From: Candidatus Poribacteria bacterium
GTDB taxonomy: Bacteria > Poribacteria > WGA-4E > WGA-3G
Direction: 5' to 3'
Length of the DNA stretch: 64,000 nt
Assembly (NCBI GenBank): GCA_965214095.1
Contig: OZ243938.1
Coordinates: forward strand, 2,528,001 to 2,592,000
The number at the start of each line of letters is the position of its first letter. Within the stretch, counting starts at the first letter, position 1. The translations under genes and the position numbers were made by a program. The notes below the pieces were generated by a model that did no database searches, had not been told where the DNA came from, and worked only from the letters and a program-made list of their open reading frames with translations. Of the stretch, positions 51,203 through 61,520 are shown in pieces.

Positions 51203-52810
51203 TTATTCAAGAAAACCACGCAGCCGGTGGCTTCGGATGGGATGGCGGAGTTTACGCAATGCCTTCGCCTCAATCTGACGGATACGTTCACGAGTCACAT
51301 CAAATACAATACCCACCTCTTCAAGTGTCTTCGGATATCCCGTTGTAATACAAAGTTCATCAATCCGCTTACGGGTAGATCCTGACAATAACGGAGGATC
51401 AGTGTCGTCTTCAATACCGAAACGCAGCACAATCACCTCACGTTCACGTTCCGATAAATCCGCAAGGGCTTCTTGGATACGTTCTTTCAGAATGCTCAAC
51501 TCGGCTTCAGTCGCAGGAGAAAGCACAGAAACATCCTCAATAAAATCACCCAATTGACTGTCATCATCGTCATCTCCAATAGGTGTTTCTAGCGAGACAG
51601 TCTCTGGCACAATTCGCAATACCTCTCTGACCTTTTCCGCAGGGATATCCATATCTGCCGCAATCTCTTCGGGAGTCGGTCTGCGTCCCAAATCTTGTAA
51701 AAGTGACCGTTCCACACGCTTCATTTTATTGATCCGCTCGTGCATGTGCACAGGAATACGGATAGTTCGACCTTGATCCGCTATCGCACGCGTGATGCTC
51801 TGCTTAATCCACCACGTCGCATAAGTACTGAACTTAAAACCTCGATGATAATCAAACTTGTCAACCGCACGCATCAACCCGATGTTACCCTCCTGAATCA
51901 GATCAAGAAATTCCATACCAGGGGCTTGATGTCTATATTTTTTCGCAATACTCACCACTAACCTGAGATTCGCCTCAACAATTGCCATTTTGGCATCTTG
52001 CGCATTCTCTTCACCGATGGTAATCTGCTTCGTCACGGACTGAAGGGCATCGCGCGAAATGCCGATTGTATTGAGATACTGCGCAATTTCTCGTTGATAC
52101 CGGATAATTGTGATGTATGCCTCTTTACCGGCTTTCGTCTTGAATTTGTGCTCCTTAGTATTTAGTCTGCCATTCAACCATTCTGAAGGGATTCTGTGTC
52201 GTTTCTGCAACCGAGAAATTTCCTGCTCACGATTACTAACGTTCTGCTCTACTTCAGTCACTTTACCTGAAATATTGCTTATCTCTTCGCGGTCAATTTT
52301 CAACTGATCAAGAAGTTTCATAAAAGTCGCATGACTACGGATAGAACACAATTCTGCAGGTGAACCGTTTTTGGAGGCATCCTTCGCAGCATCAAGGTAC
52401 TCTAATTCCATTTTCTCAATCGTACGCATCACACGTTCAACTTTATCGCGTAGTTTTCGTTCCTTATCCCGTGTTGAACTACTGGAAACTTCCATATCAA
52501 TAATATCTGATGCACGTTTCTTAGTAATGATAATTTTATACAGAAGTTTACGCACCTCCGCAACCGCAAAACGCGTGGTAAAAGTCGCTTCTTGTGCTTG
52601 ACGTAGACCTGTTTCAATCTGTTGAGATAATTCTATCTCTCTATTTTTATCTATTAACTGTATCCTACCCATTTCACGCAGATACTGTTTGATGAGATCC
52701 TCGCGTTCACTGATTTCACTCGGTTCAAATTCTATATCCTCATCAAACTCTGATTGCTCTGATACATCAGATTCATTAAAATCAAGTAGGTCTGTATTTC
52801 CATATTCCAC
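51203..52810 (-). CDS. rpoD: Primary sigma factor RpoD
   Basis: Region 1.2 YLREMG; [25 protein letters not shown] and FSTYATWWI; region 4 [28 protein letters not shown]; downstream of dnaG. Confidence 0.95.
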   Translation of the reverse strand: MEYGNTDLLDFNESDVSEQSEFDEDIEFEPSEISEREDLIKQYLREMGRIQLIDKNREIELSQQIETGLRQAQEATFTTRFAVAEVRKLLYKIIITKKRASDIIDMEVSSSSTRDKERKLRDKVERVMRTIEKMELEYLDAAKDASKNGSPAELCSIRSHATFMKLLDQLKIDREEISNISGKVTEVEQNVSNREQEISRLQKRHRIPSEWLNGRLNTKEHKFKTKAGKEAYITIIRYQREIAQYLNTIGISRDALQSVTKQITIGEENAQDAKMAIVEANLRLVVSIAKKYRHQAPGMEFLDLIQEGNIGLMRAVDKFDYHRGFKFSTYATWWIKQSITRAIADQGRTIRIPVHMHERINKMKRVERSLLQDLGRRPTPEEIAADMDIPAEKVREVLRIVPETVSLETPIGDDDDDSQLGDFIEDVSVLSPATEAELSILKERIQEALADLSEREREVIVLRFGIEDDTDPPLLSGSTRKRIDELCITTGYPKTLEEVGIVFDVTRERIRQIEAKALRKLRHPIRSHRLRGFLE

Positions 52811-52963
52811 AAGTCCGATCTCCTTTCAGTTTTCTTATATGCTTTTAGAGGTTACCTTCCCTCGTGATGTAATCGTGAAATTTGTATTTGTTCGGAACGA
52901 TTCCTTTGACAATACCGCAGTTCATCAAATTCCTAAAGAGTTGTACAAAGTTCAACGTTCACG

Positions 52964-53506
52964 TTAAGTTCTATGATCTGCAATTGCACGAGAGACATCT
53001 TGTCGGATCCACCATTCTGCATAAGTCTTAAACTGGAAACCACGTTGATAATCATAATTATCAAGAGCACTCAGCAATCCAATGTTACCCGCCTGAATCA
53101 GATCAATAAATTCCATTTCAGGTGCTTGGTGTCTATATTTTTTCGCAATGTTCACGACTAACCTGAGATTCTCCTCAAGAATTGCCATTTTTACTTTTGC
53201 CTCTGCTATATCATCCGCTTCGTCAGTGTTAATCTGATTGGAAATACTTTTCAGTGCCTCACGGGTGAGACCAATCTTCTTGAGATATACTCCAATCTCA
53301 CTATGATAACGGCTTATCTCTTCGTATGCACTTTTTTCCACATCTGATTTGAAATGATGGTTGTCTACATTGAACTGCTCTGTAAACCATTCCGCAGGAA
53401 TATTATGCTGTTTTTGAATCTCGTCAATCATTTGTTCACACTCACTTATATGACGTTCAACTTCGCTTATCTGTTTAACTATAGGACGTATATTTTCTGA
53501 AGTCAC
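52964..53506 (-). CDS. Truncated RpoD paralog (NCR end plus region 2 only, about 180 aa)
   Basis: AAAGGAG RBS before GTG 53506; [34 protein letters not shown]...FKTYAEWWIRQDVSRAIADHRT*. Confidence 0.8.
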   Translation of the reverse strand: MTSENIRPIVKQISEVERHISECEQMIDEIQKQHNIPAEWFTEQFNVDNHHFKSDVEKSAYEEISRYHSEIGVYLKKIGLTREALKSISNQINTDEADDIAEAKVKMAILEENLRLVVNIAKKYRHQAPEMEFIDLIQAGNIGLLSALDNYDYQRGFQFKTYAEWWIRQDVSRAIADHRT

Positions 53507-53528
53507 AATCAGTTCTCCTTTAGTTTTT

Positions 53529-55355
53529 CTATACGTTATCAGCGGTAACTGTATCATTGTCTGCTCGATCCGAACGTTCCCTTTTCACAACCGCACGTCT
53601 TTGATTTGATAACGCAACGAGTTCTTTGAGTGCCGATTCATAATCATCAGAATCCTGTGAGGTCGACCGCACACGTTGTTCAAGTTCCTGTATCATGAAC
53701 CATTTTAGTTTATTAAGATAACCTTCAGCTCTTTCCTTGTGATTAAAAAAATCCCGATTCTTAATTAGCGCGTTAGAAATGAAGGCTTTAACAAACTCAT
53801 CCTCACAAGTATTCAAGATATGTTGAATATCAACGGATTCACCATTCTCAGTCGCTTCCCATAGCAGTTGAACAATCTTCACAAAGTTTGCATTTGTTAT
53901 ATCATGGTAATCAAACTTTGCCTTTATGTGCGAGATAAGTTCTGGTGCTTGTATTAAAGTTTGAACGAATTGTAATTCTATTTGTTCGCGTGGAGACAAC
54001 TTTTTTAAAGGAGGCTTTCGGGTTGTTGCTTGACGGGGAGAAGGATTATCTTTCAAACCCATATCTCGCAATTCCTGCCACAGCAACCCCGCATCAATAT
54101 CAAGCTCCTTTACTGCATATTTTACATATTCTGTACGTTCAACCCGGTTTTTAATATTCACAAGAATCGTACAAATATCTTTGACAACTTGTGTTTTGAC
54201 TTCAGGACTACGGATGTTGTCCCGCTGAATCGCAGATTGAATTTGAAATTCAATCAGATTAATCGCTTTGTCAACCAATTCATTAAATACATCCGCTCCA
54301 TGTGCTTTCACAAACGAATCTGGATCATCGCCTGATGGCATCAACGCAATACGCACACGAATCTCTTCAGCAATCAACCTTGCCAACCCACGTTGCGCAG
54401 CTTGCAATCCAGATGCATCTCCATCAAAAACTATTACGACTTCAGGTGTATAACGTTTCAATAGAGAAGCGTGGTTTTCACTGAGCGATGTGCCTGAGGA
54501 GGCTATCACATTTTCAATCCCATGCTGATGTAACATCAACACATCCATATAACCTTCCACAAGCAGTGCCGACTGTTTTCTGGTGATAAATTGTTTCGCT
54601 TTGTCAAGATTGAAAAGAATATCACTTTTGTTGTACAGCACAGTCCCAGGTGAATTCAGATATTTCGGCTGATGTTCATTTGAGAGTGCTCTCCCGCCAA
54701 ATCCAACAGGAACTCCCCGCGTATTATTGATCGGAAACAGAATACGATTCCAAAAGCGATCTTGAGGACCTTTATCCTCATTTTTAATCAAACCCGCATC
54801 CACCAGTTGTTGAACATTCCATCCTTCGTGTGTGGCAGCCTTATATAGATCGCGCCGCTCCTGTTTGGCATATCCGAGTTGAAACAGATGGGTTGTCTGT
54901 GACACCACACCTCGGTTCTTCAGATATTCACGCGCATGCTGACTGTGTTGTCCAGTCCGTAGCAGTTCATGATAATACTTCACAGCAAACCTATTGAGCT
55001 CACTCAACTCACCGAAAAGTTTCTGACGCGCACTCACTTTCCCATCTTTTGTCGGCAACGAAATATTCGCACGTTCAGCAAGCCATTCTACCGCTTCAAA
55101 ATAGGTTTTTCCTTCATGTTTCTGTAAAAAATGGATAACATTGCCACCCACTTCGCAACCAAAACACTTGAATATTCGCATTTCCTGAGAAACAGAAAAA
55201 GACGGCGTTTTCTCTGGATGAAACGGACAGAGGCCTCGATAGTTTCTTCCTGCCTGTTCAAGCGGAACACCACACTCTCTAATGACTTCAACGATGTCAT
55301 TTTGAGTCCGTATTTCATCAATCGTTTCTGGTGGAAAGTAGTTTCTTGTTGCCAT
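53529..55355 (-). CDS. dnaG: DNA primase
   Basis: CPFHPEKTPSF...CFGC zinc finger; FGGR, KYLNSP, VEGYMDV and FDGDASG (TOPRIM). Confidence 0.97.
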   Translation of the reverse strand: MATRNYFPPETIDEIRTQNDIVEVIRECGVPLEQAGRNYRGLCPFHPEKTPSFSVSQEMRIFKCFGCEVGGNVIHFLQKHEGKTYFEAVEWLAERANISLPTKDGKVSARQKLFGELSELNRFAVKYYHELLRTGQHSQHAREYLKNRGVVSQTTHLFQLGYAKQERRDLYKAATHEGWNVQQLVDAGLIKNEDKGPQDRFWNRILFPINNTRGVPVGFGGRALSNEHQPKYLNSPGTVLYNKSDILFNLDKAKQFITRKQSALLVEGYMDVLMLHQHGIENVIASSGTSLSENHASLLKRYTPEVVIVFDGDASGLQAAQRGLARLIAEEIRVRIALMPSGDDPDSFVKAHGADVFNELVDKAINLIEFQIQSAIQRDNIRSPEVKTQVVKDICTILVNIKNRVERTEYVKYAVKELDIDAGLLWQELRDMGLKDNPSPRQATTRKPPLKKLSPREQIELQFVQTLIQAPELISHIKAKFDYHDITNANFVKIVQLLWEATENGESVDIQHILNTCEDEFVKAFISNALIKNRDFFNHKERAEGYLNKLKWFMIQELEQRVRSTSQDSDDYESALKELVALSNQRRAVVKRERSDRADNDTVTADNV

Positions 55356-55404
55356 AAGTATCACCTTAATGAGTAACGCAATAATTCCTGACAATACTAC
55401 AAAA

Positions 55405-57849
55405 CTATTCTCTAAATTTAACGACCGTCACGCCTTCTCCACCCTCATTCGGATGTGCGTATTGATAGTTCGCTACGAGTTGGTTTGCCTCCAGTGCCTT
55501 GTGAATCGCACTACGAAGGGTACCAGTGCCTTTCCCATGCAATATCCTCACGCTTAATAATCCCGCGAGGTAGGCATCGTCCAAATACTTATCCGCCATC
55601 GCCAAGCCTTCATTCACATACATCCCGTGTATACATAACTCTTCTTTCACCGTATTTGCTTTGTCAAGTTGAATGTCCAACACCGAGGAAGTGTGATGCT
55701 GCCCTTCTTTTCTCGGTAGCACCCTGTCAATATCTGTATAGGATAACTGCATCTGCATGCTACCAATCCTTATACGCAAAGGTCTGTCACCATCACCGAC
55801 TGAAATAACTTCTCCGAATTGGTTCAACGGTACTATATGAACCTTGTCACCAACGTTCACAGTGTCTATCGGTTTTTTCTCTTGTTTTTCGGGAGGATCG
55901 GGTTTGAATTGTTTTTTAGCAGTTTCTATTTTTGTGAAGGCTTCACGAATACTGGCTTTTGAGGCTTGTTCACGCCGTATATCTGCAACCACATCGCCCA
56001 CAGTCCTACGCGCTTCAGAAATGATATCCAACGCCTCTTTTTCCGCGTTCTCCATCCGTGTCTGTTGTTCTATCTGATATGTTTCAACCTGTTCTCTATG
56101 TTTCTCATATTCAGTTTCTGTCAGACGGATTTTCTCTTCAAGTTGTTCTTTTTTGCTATCTAATTCCTTTTGCGTCTGTTGTAATTGAAGGAGTAGATCT
56201 TCCACGGCTATATTATTCTGACCCATATTCTGTTCAGCATCAGCGAGGATTCGCGGAGGCAGCCCCAATTGTTCGGCAATTTTTATTGCATTGCTACTCC
56301 CCGGCACACCAATCTTCAACTTATATGTCGGCCGCAATGTGCTCGAATCAAACTCCATTGAGGCGTTTTCCATATTCTGCTGCGTATGCGTATACGCCTT
56401 CAACGCACCATAATGTGTCGTTACAATCGTACTGACATTCCATTCATTTAACCATGACAGAATTGACATTCCAAGTGCAGTACCTTCTGTCGGATCCGTG
56501 CCTGCACCAATTTCATCTAATAAAACCAAAGATTGTTCCGTGTCGGATGCTTCAATAGACCTCAGCATACCAGATATCTTTGTAATATGTGAGGAAAACG
56601 TGCTCAAATTCTGCGATATGTTCTGGTCATCGCCAATATCAGCAAAAATGTGATTGAATATCGGTAGCCTACTCCCGCGCACTGCCGGAATATGCAAACC
56701 AGATTGTGCCATCAAACATAATAAACCCACGGTCTTGAGGACAACGGTTTTGCCACCCGTATTCGGTCCTGTAATAACAAGCGTCTTGAAACCCTTGCCA
56801 ATATGCACATCTGTCGGAACAACCTGTGTCGGAAGTTTAGAACTTGAATCCGAAGCATTATCTGCATCGGCGGTTTTCTCGCTTCTAGATTGCAAATTAG
56901 CACGAGTTTGGATCTCAAGCAGAGGGTGACGGGCTTCAAAGAGGCGGAGAACCCCTTTTGTATCCAACTTCGGTTCAACCGCATTCAAATCAAAACTAAA
57001 TTGCACTTTCGCATTCAAAAAATCAAGTTCAGTAAGTAAATCAAGGGCAAGTTCTAAATCAACAAGTCTTTCACGGAGTTGATCTGTTAAATCCAATAAA
57101 ATCCTGCGGATTTCTCTCTGTTCAGATTCAACTGCCTCGTGAAGCGCATTGTTCATCTCTACGATAGACAAAGGTTCCATAAAATAGGTCGCACCACTCG
57201 TAGATTGTCCTTGAACAACTCCTTTGAAAAAGGATTTCGCATCCTGTCTGATAGGTATCACATATCGGTTGTTACGCGATGTAATCACAGATTCCTGAAT
57301 AGATTTTTGATAGTCAGGTGAATTGAGGATGGAATCTAACTTTTGATGAATTTTATTACGGATTTTTTGGAGTTGTTGACGGATAGAACGTAACTCAGCA
57401 CTTGCTCTGTCAAGAACAACGCCCTCCATGCTAATACAAGATTCAACCGCATCTATGACTTCATCAAAAACTGGCAGCGCATCTACGATTGACATCAACC
57501 GTGGTATTTTATTATAATCCTGATTCCTAAATTTCTTCTTAACATTAGAAGAAAGTCTCGCGACCTTTACAATCTTTATGAAATCTTCAGGATCTAAAAT
57601 CGACCCTATTTTAGACACATGCAATAACGTCTTGCTAATATCCGTCAATCCATCTAACGAAATCCCACCGGTGCGTTGATGAAAGTCCTTCAACTCAGAA
57701 CACAATTTCTGTTGGTATTGCACCGTATCATAAGAATCTGATGGAGAGAGATTGTCAACCCGCACACTCCCCAACTCAGAAGCAGTATATCTCTTTAAAT
57801 GATCTTTGAGTTTGTCATATTCTAAGGCTTTTTCTACGTTAGACAGCAT
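55405..57849 (-). CDS. mutS2: Endonuclease MutS2
   Basis: ITGPNTGGKT, ADIGDDQ, STFSSH, DEIGAGTDP and TTHY; C-terminal Smr domain ILHGKGTG. Confidence 0.95.
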   Translation of the reverse strand: MLSNVEKALEYDKLKDHLKRYTASELGSVRVDNLSPSDSYDTVQYQQKLCSELKDFHQRTGGISLDGLTDISKTLLHVSKIGSILDPEDFIKIVKVARLSSNVKKKFRNQDYNKIPRLMSIVDALPVFDEVIDAVESCISMEGVVLDRASAELRSIRQQLQKIRNKIHQKLDSILNSPDYQKSIQESVITSRNNRYVIPIRQDAKSFFKGVVQGQSTSGATYFMEPLSIVEMNNALHEAVESEQREIRRILLDLTDQLRERLVDLELALDLLTELDFLNAKVQFSFDLNAVEPKLDTKGVLRLFEARHPLLEIQTRANLQSRSEKTADADNASDSSSKLPTQVVPTDVHIGKGFKTLVITGPNTGGKTVVLKTVGLLCLMAQSGLHIPAVRGSRLPIFNHIFADIGDDQNISQNLSTFSSHITKISGMLRSIEASDTEQSLVLLDEIGAGTDPTEGTALGMSILSWLNEWNVSTIVTTHYGALKAYTHTQQNMENASMEFDSSTLRPTYKLKIGVPGSSNAIKIAEQLGLPPRILADAEQNMGQNNIAVEDLLLQLQQTQKELDSKKEQLEEKIRLTETEYEKHREQVETYQIEQQTRMENAEKEALDIISEARRTVGDVVADIRREQASKASIREAFTKIETAKKQFKPDPPEKQEKKPIDTVNVGDKVHIVPLNQFGEVISVGDGDRPLRIRIGSMQMQLSYTDIDRVLPRKEGQHHTSSVLDIQLDKANTVKEELCIHGMYVNEGLAMADKYLDDAYLAGLLSVRILHGKGTGTLRSAIHKALEANQLVANYQYAHPNEGGEGVTVVKFRE

Positions 57850-58030
57850 GGGTCTGACCTTCTCATCTAAAGATATATCAAATCAAAGTAAGAGTTCTGC
57901 CATAAGAATAAGCACAGTGGTATACAAGCCACTCACTACGACACAAAGAGAAATGTCAAATGCATTAGAGATGGGTGAAAGAAACAAGCAAATAATATCG
58001 GTCTAAGGAAATATTATCACTAAAAAATTG

Positions 58031-59062
58031 TTATCTCAAACTGCGTTTGACATCACCCCACGTCGTCGTTATTTTCTTTTTTGGTTCAACAGGTAGATTT
58101 CCCAGATTCCCACCTTCCTGTTTCCACCAAGAAATACCAAATATACCACCATCTATCTCAAAGAGTTTCTCTGTCTTACCAGCATCAAGATCGTGAAGAT
58201 AGAACACACCCCATAATGAGTAGATAATTGAACGTGAATTCGCTGACCAATCTGTCCACATACCCGCATTCTTATCTACATCATAGAGTGCTGTAAGTTC
58301 TCTTGTTTCAACATTGATTGAATACATTGTGTCAATTTCTCTGTCCCACCGCCGAAATAGAATACTACTGCCATCCGGTGTCCACACAGGATAATAATCT
58401 ATATTGAATTCGGTAAGCACTTCAATCTCAAGTGTTTCAGTATCTAACAGGAACAGTTGCTCTAACCCACCCGGTCTTTCAAGAGAAAACACCAAACGTT
58501 TGCTAAAAGGTCCCCAAGACATCCCATAAAAGAAAAAGGTTCTGCCGAAATGCGGTATTGCAGTTGCTACCTCCATTTGTCGGGAAGCAATATCCATCAC
58601 CCAAATCTGGTTCTCTTGTTGTTGCTGTTCTGAGGTATACCCATTAAAGGCGAGTTTCTTACCATTCGGTGAAATTGAAAGGAAACGATAGGTGCCACCA
58701 ATTTCAGTGAGTTGCGTCTTTTGACGCGGATTATTTATATCAATGGAAAAAATATGTGCCTCAGTCTTTACACGTTGAATAAAATACAGAATGTCATCAT
58801 CCGGACTCCAAACAGCATAATATCCCGGATGAATCAACGATCTCGATTTGTAATCGCCATCTGTGAATGTTGTCATCTGAAGGTTGTAATCAAATCTACC
58901 TTCCACTTCATTGAAACCCCTGACAGAATAAGCAATACGACCAGTTAGTTCTGGTAACGCATCTGCAGTAATCGGGGCAAAAAGAAATATAATAAGACCT
59001 AAACTAAATAGTCTAAAGAATTTGATAAAACCAAAATTGCATATTTGATGTCTATTACTCAT
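58031..59062 (-). CDS. Secreted TolB/PD40-like beta-propeller protein with C-terminal W-G tail
   Basis: Signal peptide; WSPD, ISPNGKKLAF and PVWTPDG; ends VEPKKKITTTWGDVKRSLR. Confidence 0.75.
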   Translation of the reverse strand: MSNRHQICNFGFIKFFRLFSLGLIIFLFAPITADALPELTGRIAYSVRGFNEVEGRFDYNLQMTTFTDGDYKSRSLIHPGYYAVWSPDDDILYFIQRVKTEAHIFSIDINNPRQKTQLTEIGGTYRFLSISPNGKKLAFNGYTSEQQQQENQIWVMDIASRQMEVATAIPHFGRTFFFYGMSWGPFSKRLVFSLERPGGLEQLFLLDTETLEIEVLTEFNIDYYPVWTPDGSSILFRRWDREIDTMYSINVETRELTALYDVDKNAGMWTDWSANSRSIIYSLWGVFYLHDLDAGKTEKLFEIDGGIFGISWWKQEGGNLGNLPVEPKKKITTTWGDVKRSLR

Positions 59063-60209
59063 TTGATTCCTCTGTGTCAGTTATCGCAAGCCGGTCATAA
59101 TTGAGAACGGCTAACTCATAGAGTTCACGACTTAATCCTATTTTGTCAAAATCTACTACTACATCATAATCATTCAATGCTGAACTCTGAAGACCAGATT
59201 TATCGGACTTCCGGGCAGACAGAACATTACTGATAACTTCTGTCGAGACATCTTCATAACTTCGGATACGTTTGCGTTCTTCAGAAGATAACCCGCCTTC
59301 TATGTCCTTCTTCACTTTATATGCACGAATTGCATTCGTATATGCCATCAATGCTTCAAAATAAAGTTCTTCTGTTTCTGAATGTTCAGCCTTAGCTAAA
59401 TCTAAAGGTTCTTCAATCATTAGGATGACTGCTTTCGCATCCGTAATCAGTTCAATGCTTCTCTGTTCAATACCCTGATGAACTGTAGTCTTGAATTCGT
59501 CTATAATTGCTTGGTAAGTTGCCTTCGCTTCTGCTGGCGCGTTCAGTTTTTCATGACACAGTGCCTGATTATACATCGCGTTTGAAATAACATACTGACG
59601 AATCTCTGGGACAAGTTGTGGGGTATCTGGAAATGCTTTGGCATCATACGTCGTGATCGCCTTCCCATAATCCCCTTCCTGTTCATAGCAATTGCCTATC
59701 GCCTTATGAGCATACAACGCATATATCTGATTTTCGGGTTTGATCGTTTCAATGACCTCTTCAAACTGCATCCGTGCTTCCGAGTATTTCCCTTGATAAT
59801 ACAGACTCTTTGCGTAGTTAAAACGTGCCTTGTCAGCAAATGTCGTACTTCCATATTTGTCAAAAACTGACAGCAGGTTTTCCTCAGCATCTTCAAACGA
59901 AGTCTTCTCTTCACTCGGCTCTTCTTCCGTGTCTTCCTCAGTTTCTGTAGGTGAAGATACATCAAAATAATTTGTCTCAGCCTCTTTATAAATCTCCGAT
60001 GCCTTACTGAAGTTCACCGAAGCCTCAACATACTTATTTTCTTGATTTTGTGTGTAGGTCAGATATACTGCTACCCCGATAATCGCAATAGCCAATGTAA
60101 TAATGATTGTTCTCAGATTATCTTTCAAAAAAGCATAACTATGCAGAACCAAATTGATAAACTTATCTTCTTGAATTTCTTCTTTGGTTAAACGTTTATT
60201 TTGCGACAT
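59055..60209 (-). CDS. Membrane-anchored TPR protein (YfgM-like)
   Basis: N-terminal LTKEEIQEDKF, a single TM and TPR helices. Confidence 0.7.
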   Translation of the reverse strand: MSQNKRLTKEEIQEDKFINLVLHSYAFLKDNLRTIIITLAIAIIGVAVYLTYTQNQENKYVEASVNFSKASEIYKEAETNYFDVSSPTETEEDTEEEPSEEKTSFEDAEENLLSVFDKYGSTTFADKARFNYAKSLYYQGKYSEARMQFEEVIETIKPENQIYALYAHKAIGNCYEQEGDYGKAITTYDAKAFPDTPQLVPEIRQYVISNAMYNQALCHEKLNAPAEAKATYQAIIDEFKTTVHQGIEQRSIELITDAKAVILMIEEPLDLAKAEHSETEELYFEALMAYTNAIRAYKVKKDIEGGLSSEERKRIRSYEDVSTEVISNVLSARKSDKSGLQSSALNDYDVVVDFDKIGLSRELYELAVLNYDRLAITDTEESNE

Positions 60210-60222
60210 GATTTCCTCTTTA

Positions 60223-60356
60223 TTATACCAATTCTAAATAAATACTTCTCATTATCAAAATAGGTGTTCGTAGTCGCGCAATTCATTGCGCCTCGGACAT
60301 TCACAAACCTCGTAAAACTCCTAATGCGACTTTATCTTTCAGAATTGGTACTATAA
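60223..60356. mobile_element. MITE-like element (TACCAATTCT...AGAATTGGTA) with GTAGTCGCGCAATTCATTGCGC REP
   Basis: 10-bp terminal IR; internal sequence shared with 16425-16568 and with the REP near 48644. Confidence 0.7.
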
Positions 60357-60365
60357 TTACAATCA

Positions 60366-60437
60366 AGCGGGTGACGGGAATTGAACCCGCGACCCTCAGC
60401 TTGGGAAGCTGACGCTCTACCGCTGAGCTACACCCGC
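60366..60437 (-). tRNA. tRNA-Gly(CCC)
   Basis: GCGGGTGTAGCTCAG...TCAGC TTCCCAA GCTGA...GGTTCAATTCCC...CACCCGCT. Confidence 0.95.
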
Positions 60438-60449
60438 TCCCTATCTATT

Positions 60450-60478
60450 ATTATACCATATCCTATAGGGGTTGTCAA
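60450..60478 (-). promoter_or_regulatory. Consensus sigma-70 promoter of tRNA-Gly
   Basis: Minus strand TTGACA-17 nt-TATAAT, a perfect consensus. Confidence 0.8.
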
Positions 60479-60486
60479 GATAAAGA

Positions 60487-60513
60487 AAGACGGGCAATCA
60501 ACCTGCCCGTCTT
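60487..60513 (-). terminator. Rho-independent terminator of the peroxiredoxin gene
   Basis: 10-bp stem AAGACGGGCA/TGCCCGTCTT followed by a U-rich tail on the minus strand. Confidence 0.7.
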
Positions 60514-60535
60514 CGCAAAACTTCAATCTTAAAAC

Positions 60536-61000
60536 CTACAGTTTATCAAGTTCGTTTAGCACCTGTTCCGCAGTTAATGTATTGTCCGGTGGCGCATCTT
60601 CAACATGTTTGAAGGCAATTTTACCTGAGCCATCTACAATAAAAACACCACGGGTCGTGATACCCACCGCTTCAAGTGCCATTCCGTATTCCTTTGATAC
60701 CTCAAGATTCATGTCTGAGAGAAGCGGGAAATCGATCCCACCCAACGCCTCACTCCAAGCCTTATGAGCAAACGTTGAATCGCGATTAATCGCCACAACA
60801 TCCGCACCTTTAGCACGAATAGCATCTAAGTTATCATTAAAATCGGGAACCTGTTCTGAACACACAGGTGAAAAATCAAGTGGATAAAAAAGAATAACAA
60901 GCTTCTTACCTTCAAAATCACCCAAAGTAACTTCCGTATCTTCTTGATCTGTTGCTCCTGTCAAACTAAAATCCGGAGCAGCACTTCCTAATTCTGACAT
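60536..61000 (-). CDS. Peroxiredoxin (AhpC/TSA, AhpE-like 1-Cys)
   Basis: APDFSL, FYPLDFSPVCSEQ, FPLLSD and RGVFIVD. Confidence 0.9.
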   Translation of the reverse strand: MSELGSAAPDFSLTGATDQEDTEVTLGDFEGKKLVILFYPLDFSPVCSEQVPDFNDNLDAIRAKGADVVAINRDSTFAHKAWSEALGGIDFPLLSDMNLEVSKEYGMALEAVGITTRGVFIVDGSGKIAFKHVEDAPPDNTLTAEQVLNELDKL

Positions 61001-61168
61001 AAAATACCTCCTAATATTATCTCAAAAATATGTTAATAATTTCTTATAAAATGATACCACAAATTTGGTCTAAAACCAAATTAAAATTAGGACAGAAAAG
61101 CATGGTAGCAGGCACACTCCGTGTGCCGTCAAGAACAATAAATTCTGCGTTCTAATACCATTTCTAAT

Positions 61169-61306
61169 TTATAGTCATAACCATAATTATTTACACACTA
61201 CGGTAGGTTCGGTTTCCTAACCGAACCGGTGTTTGTTCAGTCACATAGATGCGGTTAGGAAACCGCATCTACCGAGAATGTGCACATATTTTTGATTTCA
61301 CTACAA
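61169..61306. mobile_element. MITE-like element with REP doublet, copy of 15471-15609
   Basis: Near-identical core CGGTAGGTTCGGTTTCCTAACCGAACCGGTGTTTGTTCAGTC.CATAGATGCGGTTAGGAAACCGCATCTACCG. Confidence 0.75.
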
Positions 61307-61469
61307 GAACATACTATTAACAAATAACCTGTTCACTGTGAATGTCTTATGCACATTCACCAAAAACCCGCTCGTAGTCGCGCAACTCACTGTGTCGCTT
61401 ACATTCCTGAACATATTAGACGTTATCATATCCACCTATCTTTTGAATAGCACCTTGAAACTTCAAACT

Positions 61470-61520
61470 CTAATCCTGAAAATCTACTAATCCTGAAAAT
61501 CTACTAATCCTGAAAATCCT
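61470..61520 (+). repeat. Tandem repeat, 3 x 17 bp
   Basis: CTAATCCTGAAAATCTA twice plus CTAATCCTGAAAATCCT, with no spacers. Confidence 0.8.

Noticed and set aside
60381-60767. 128-aa plus-strand ORF (MNPRPSAWEADALPLSY)
   Set aside because: Antisense translation of tRNA-Gly and the peroxiredoxin gene
60536-61000. Selenocysteine-containing peroxiredoxin
   Set aside because: The active-site codon is Cys and there is no in-frame TGA
61470-61520. Possible CRISPR array
   Set aside because: Three adjacent 17-bp units with no spacers and no cas genes; a simple tandem repeat
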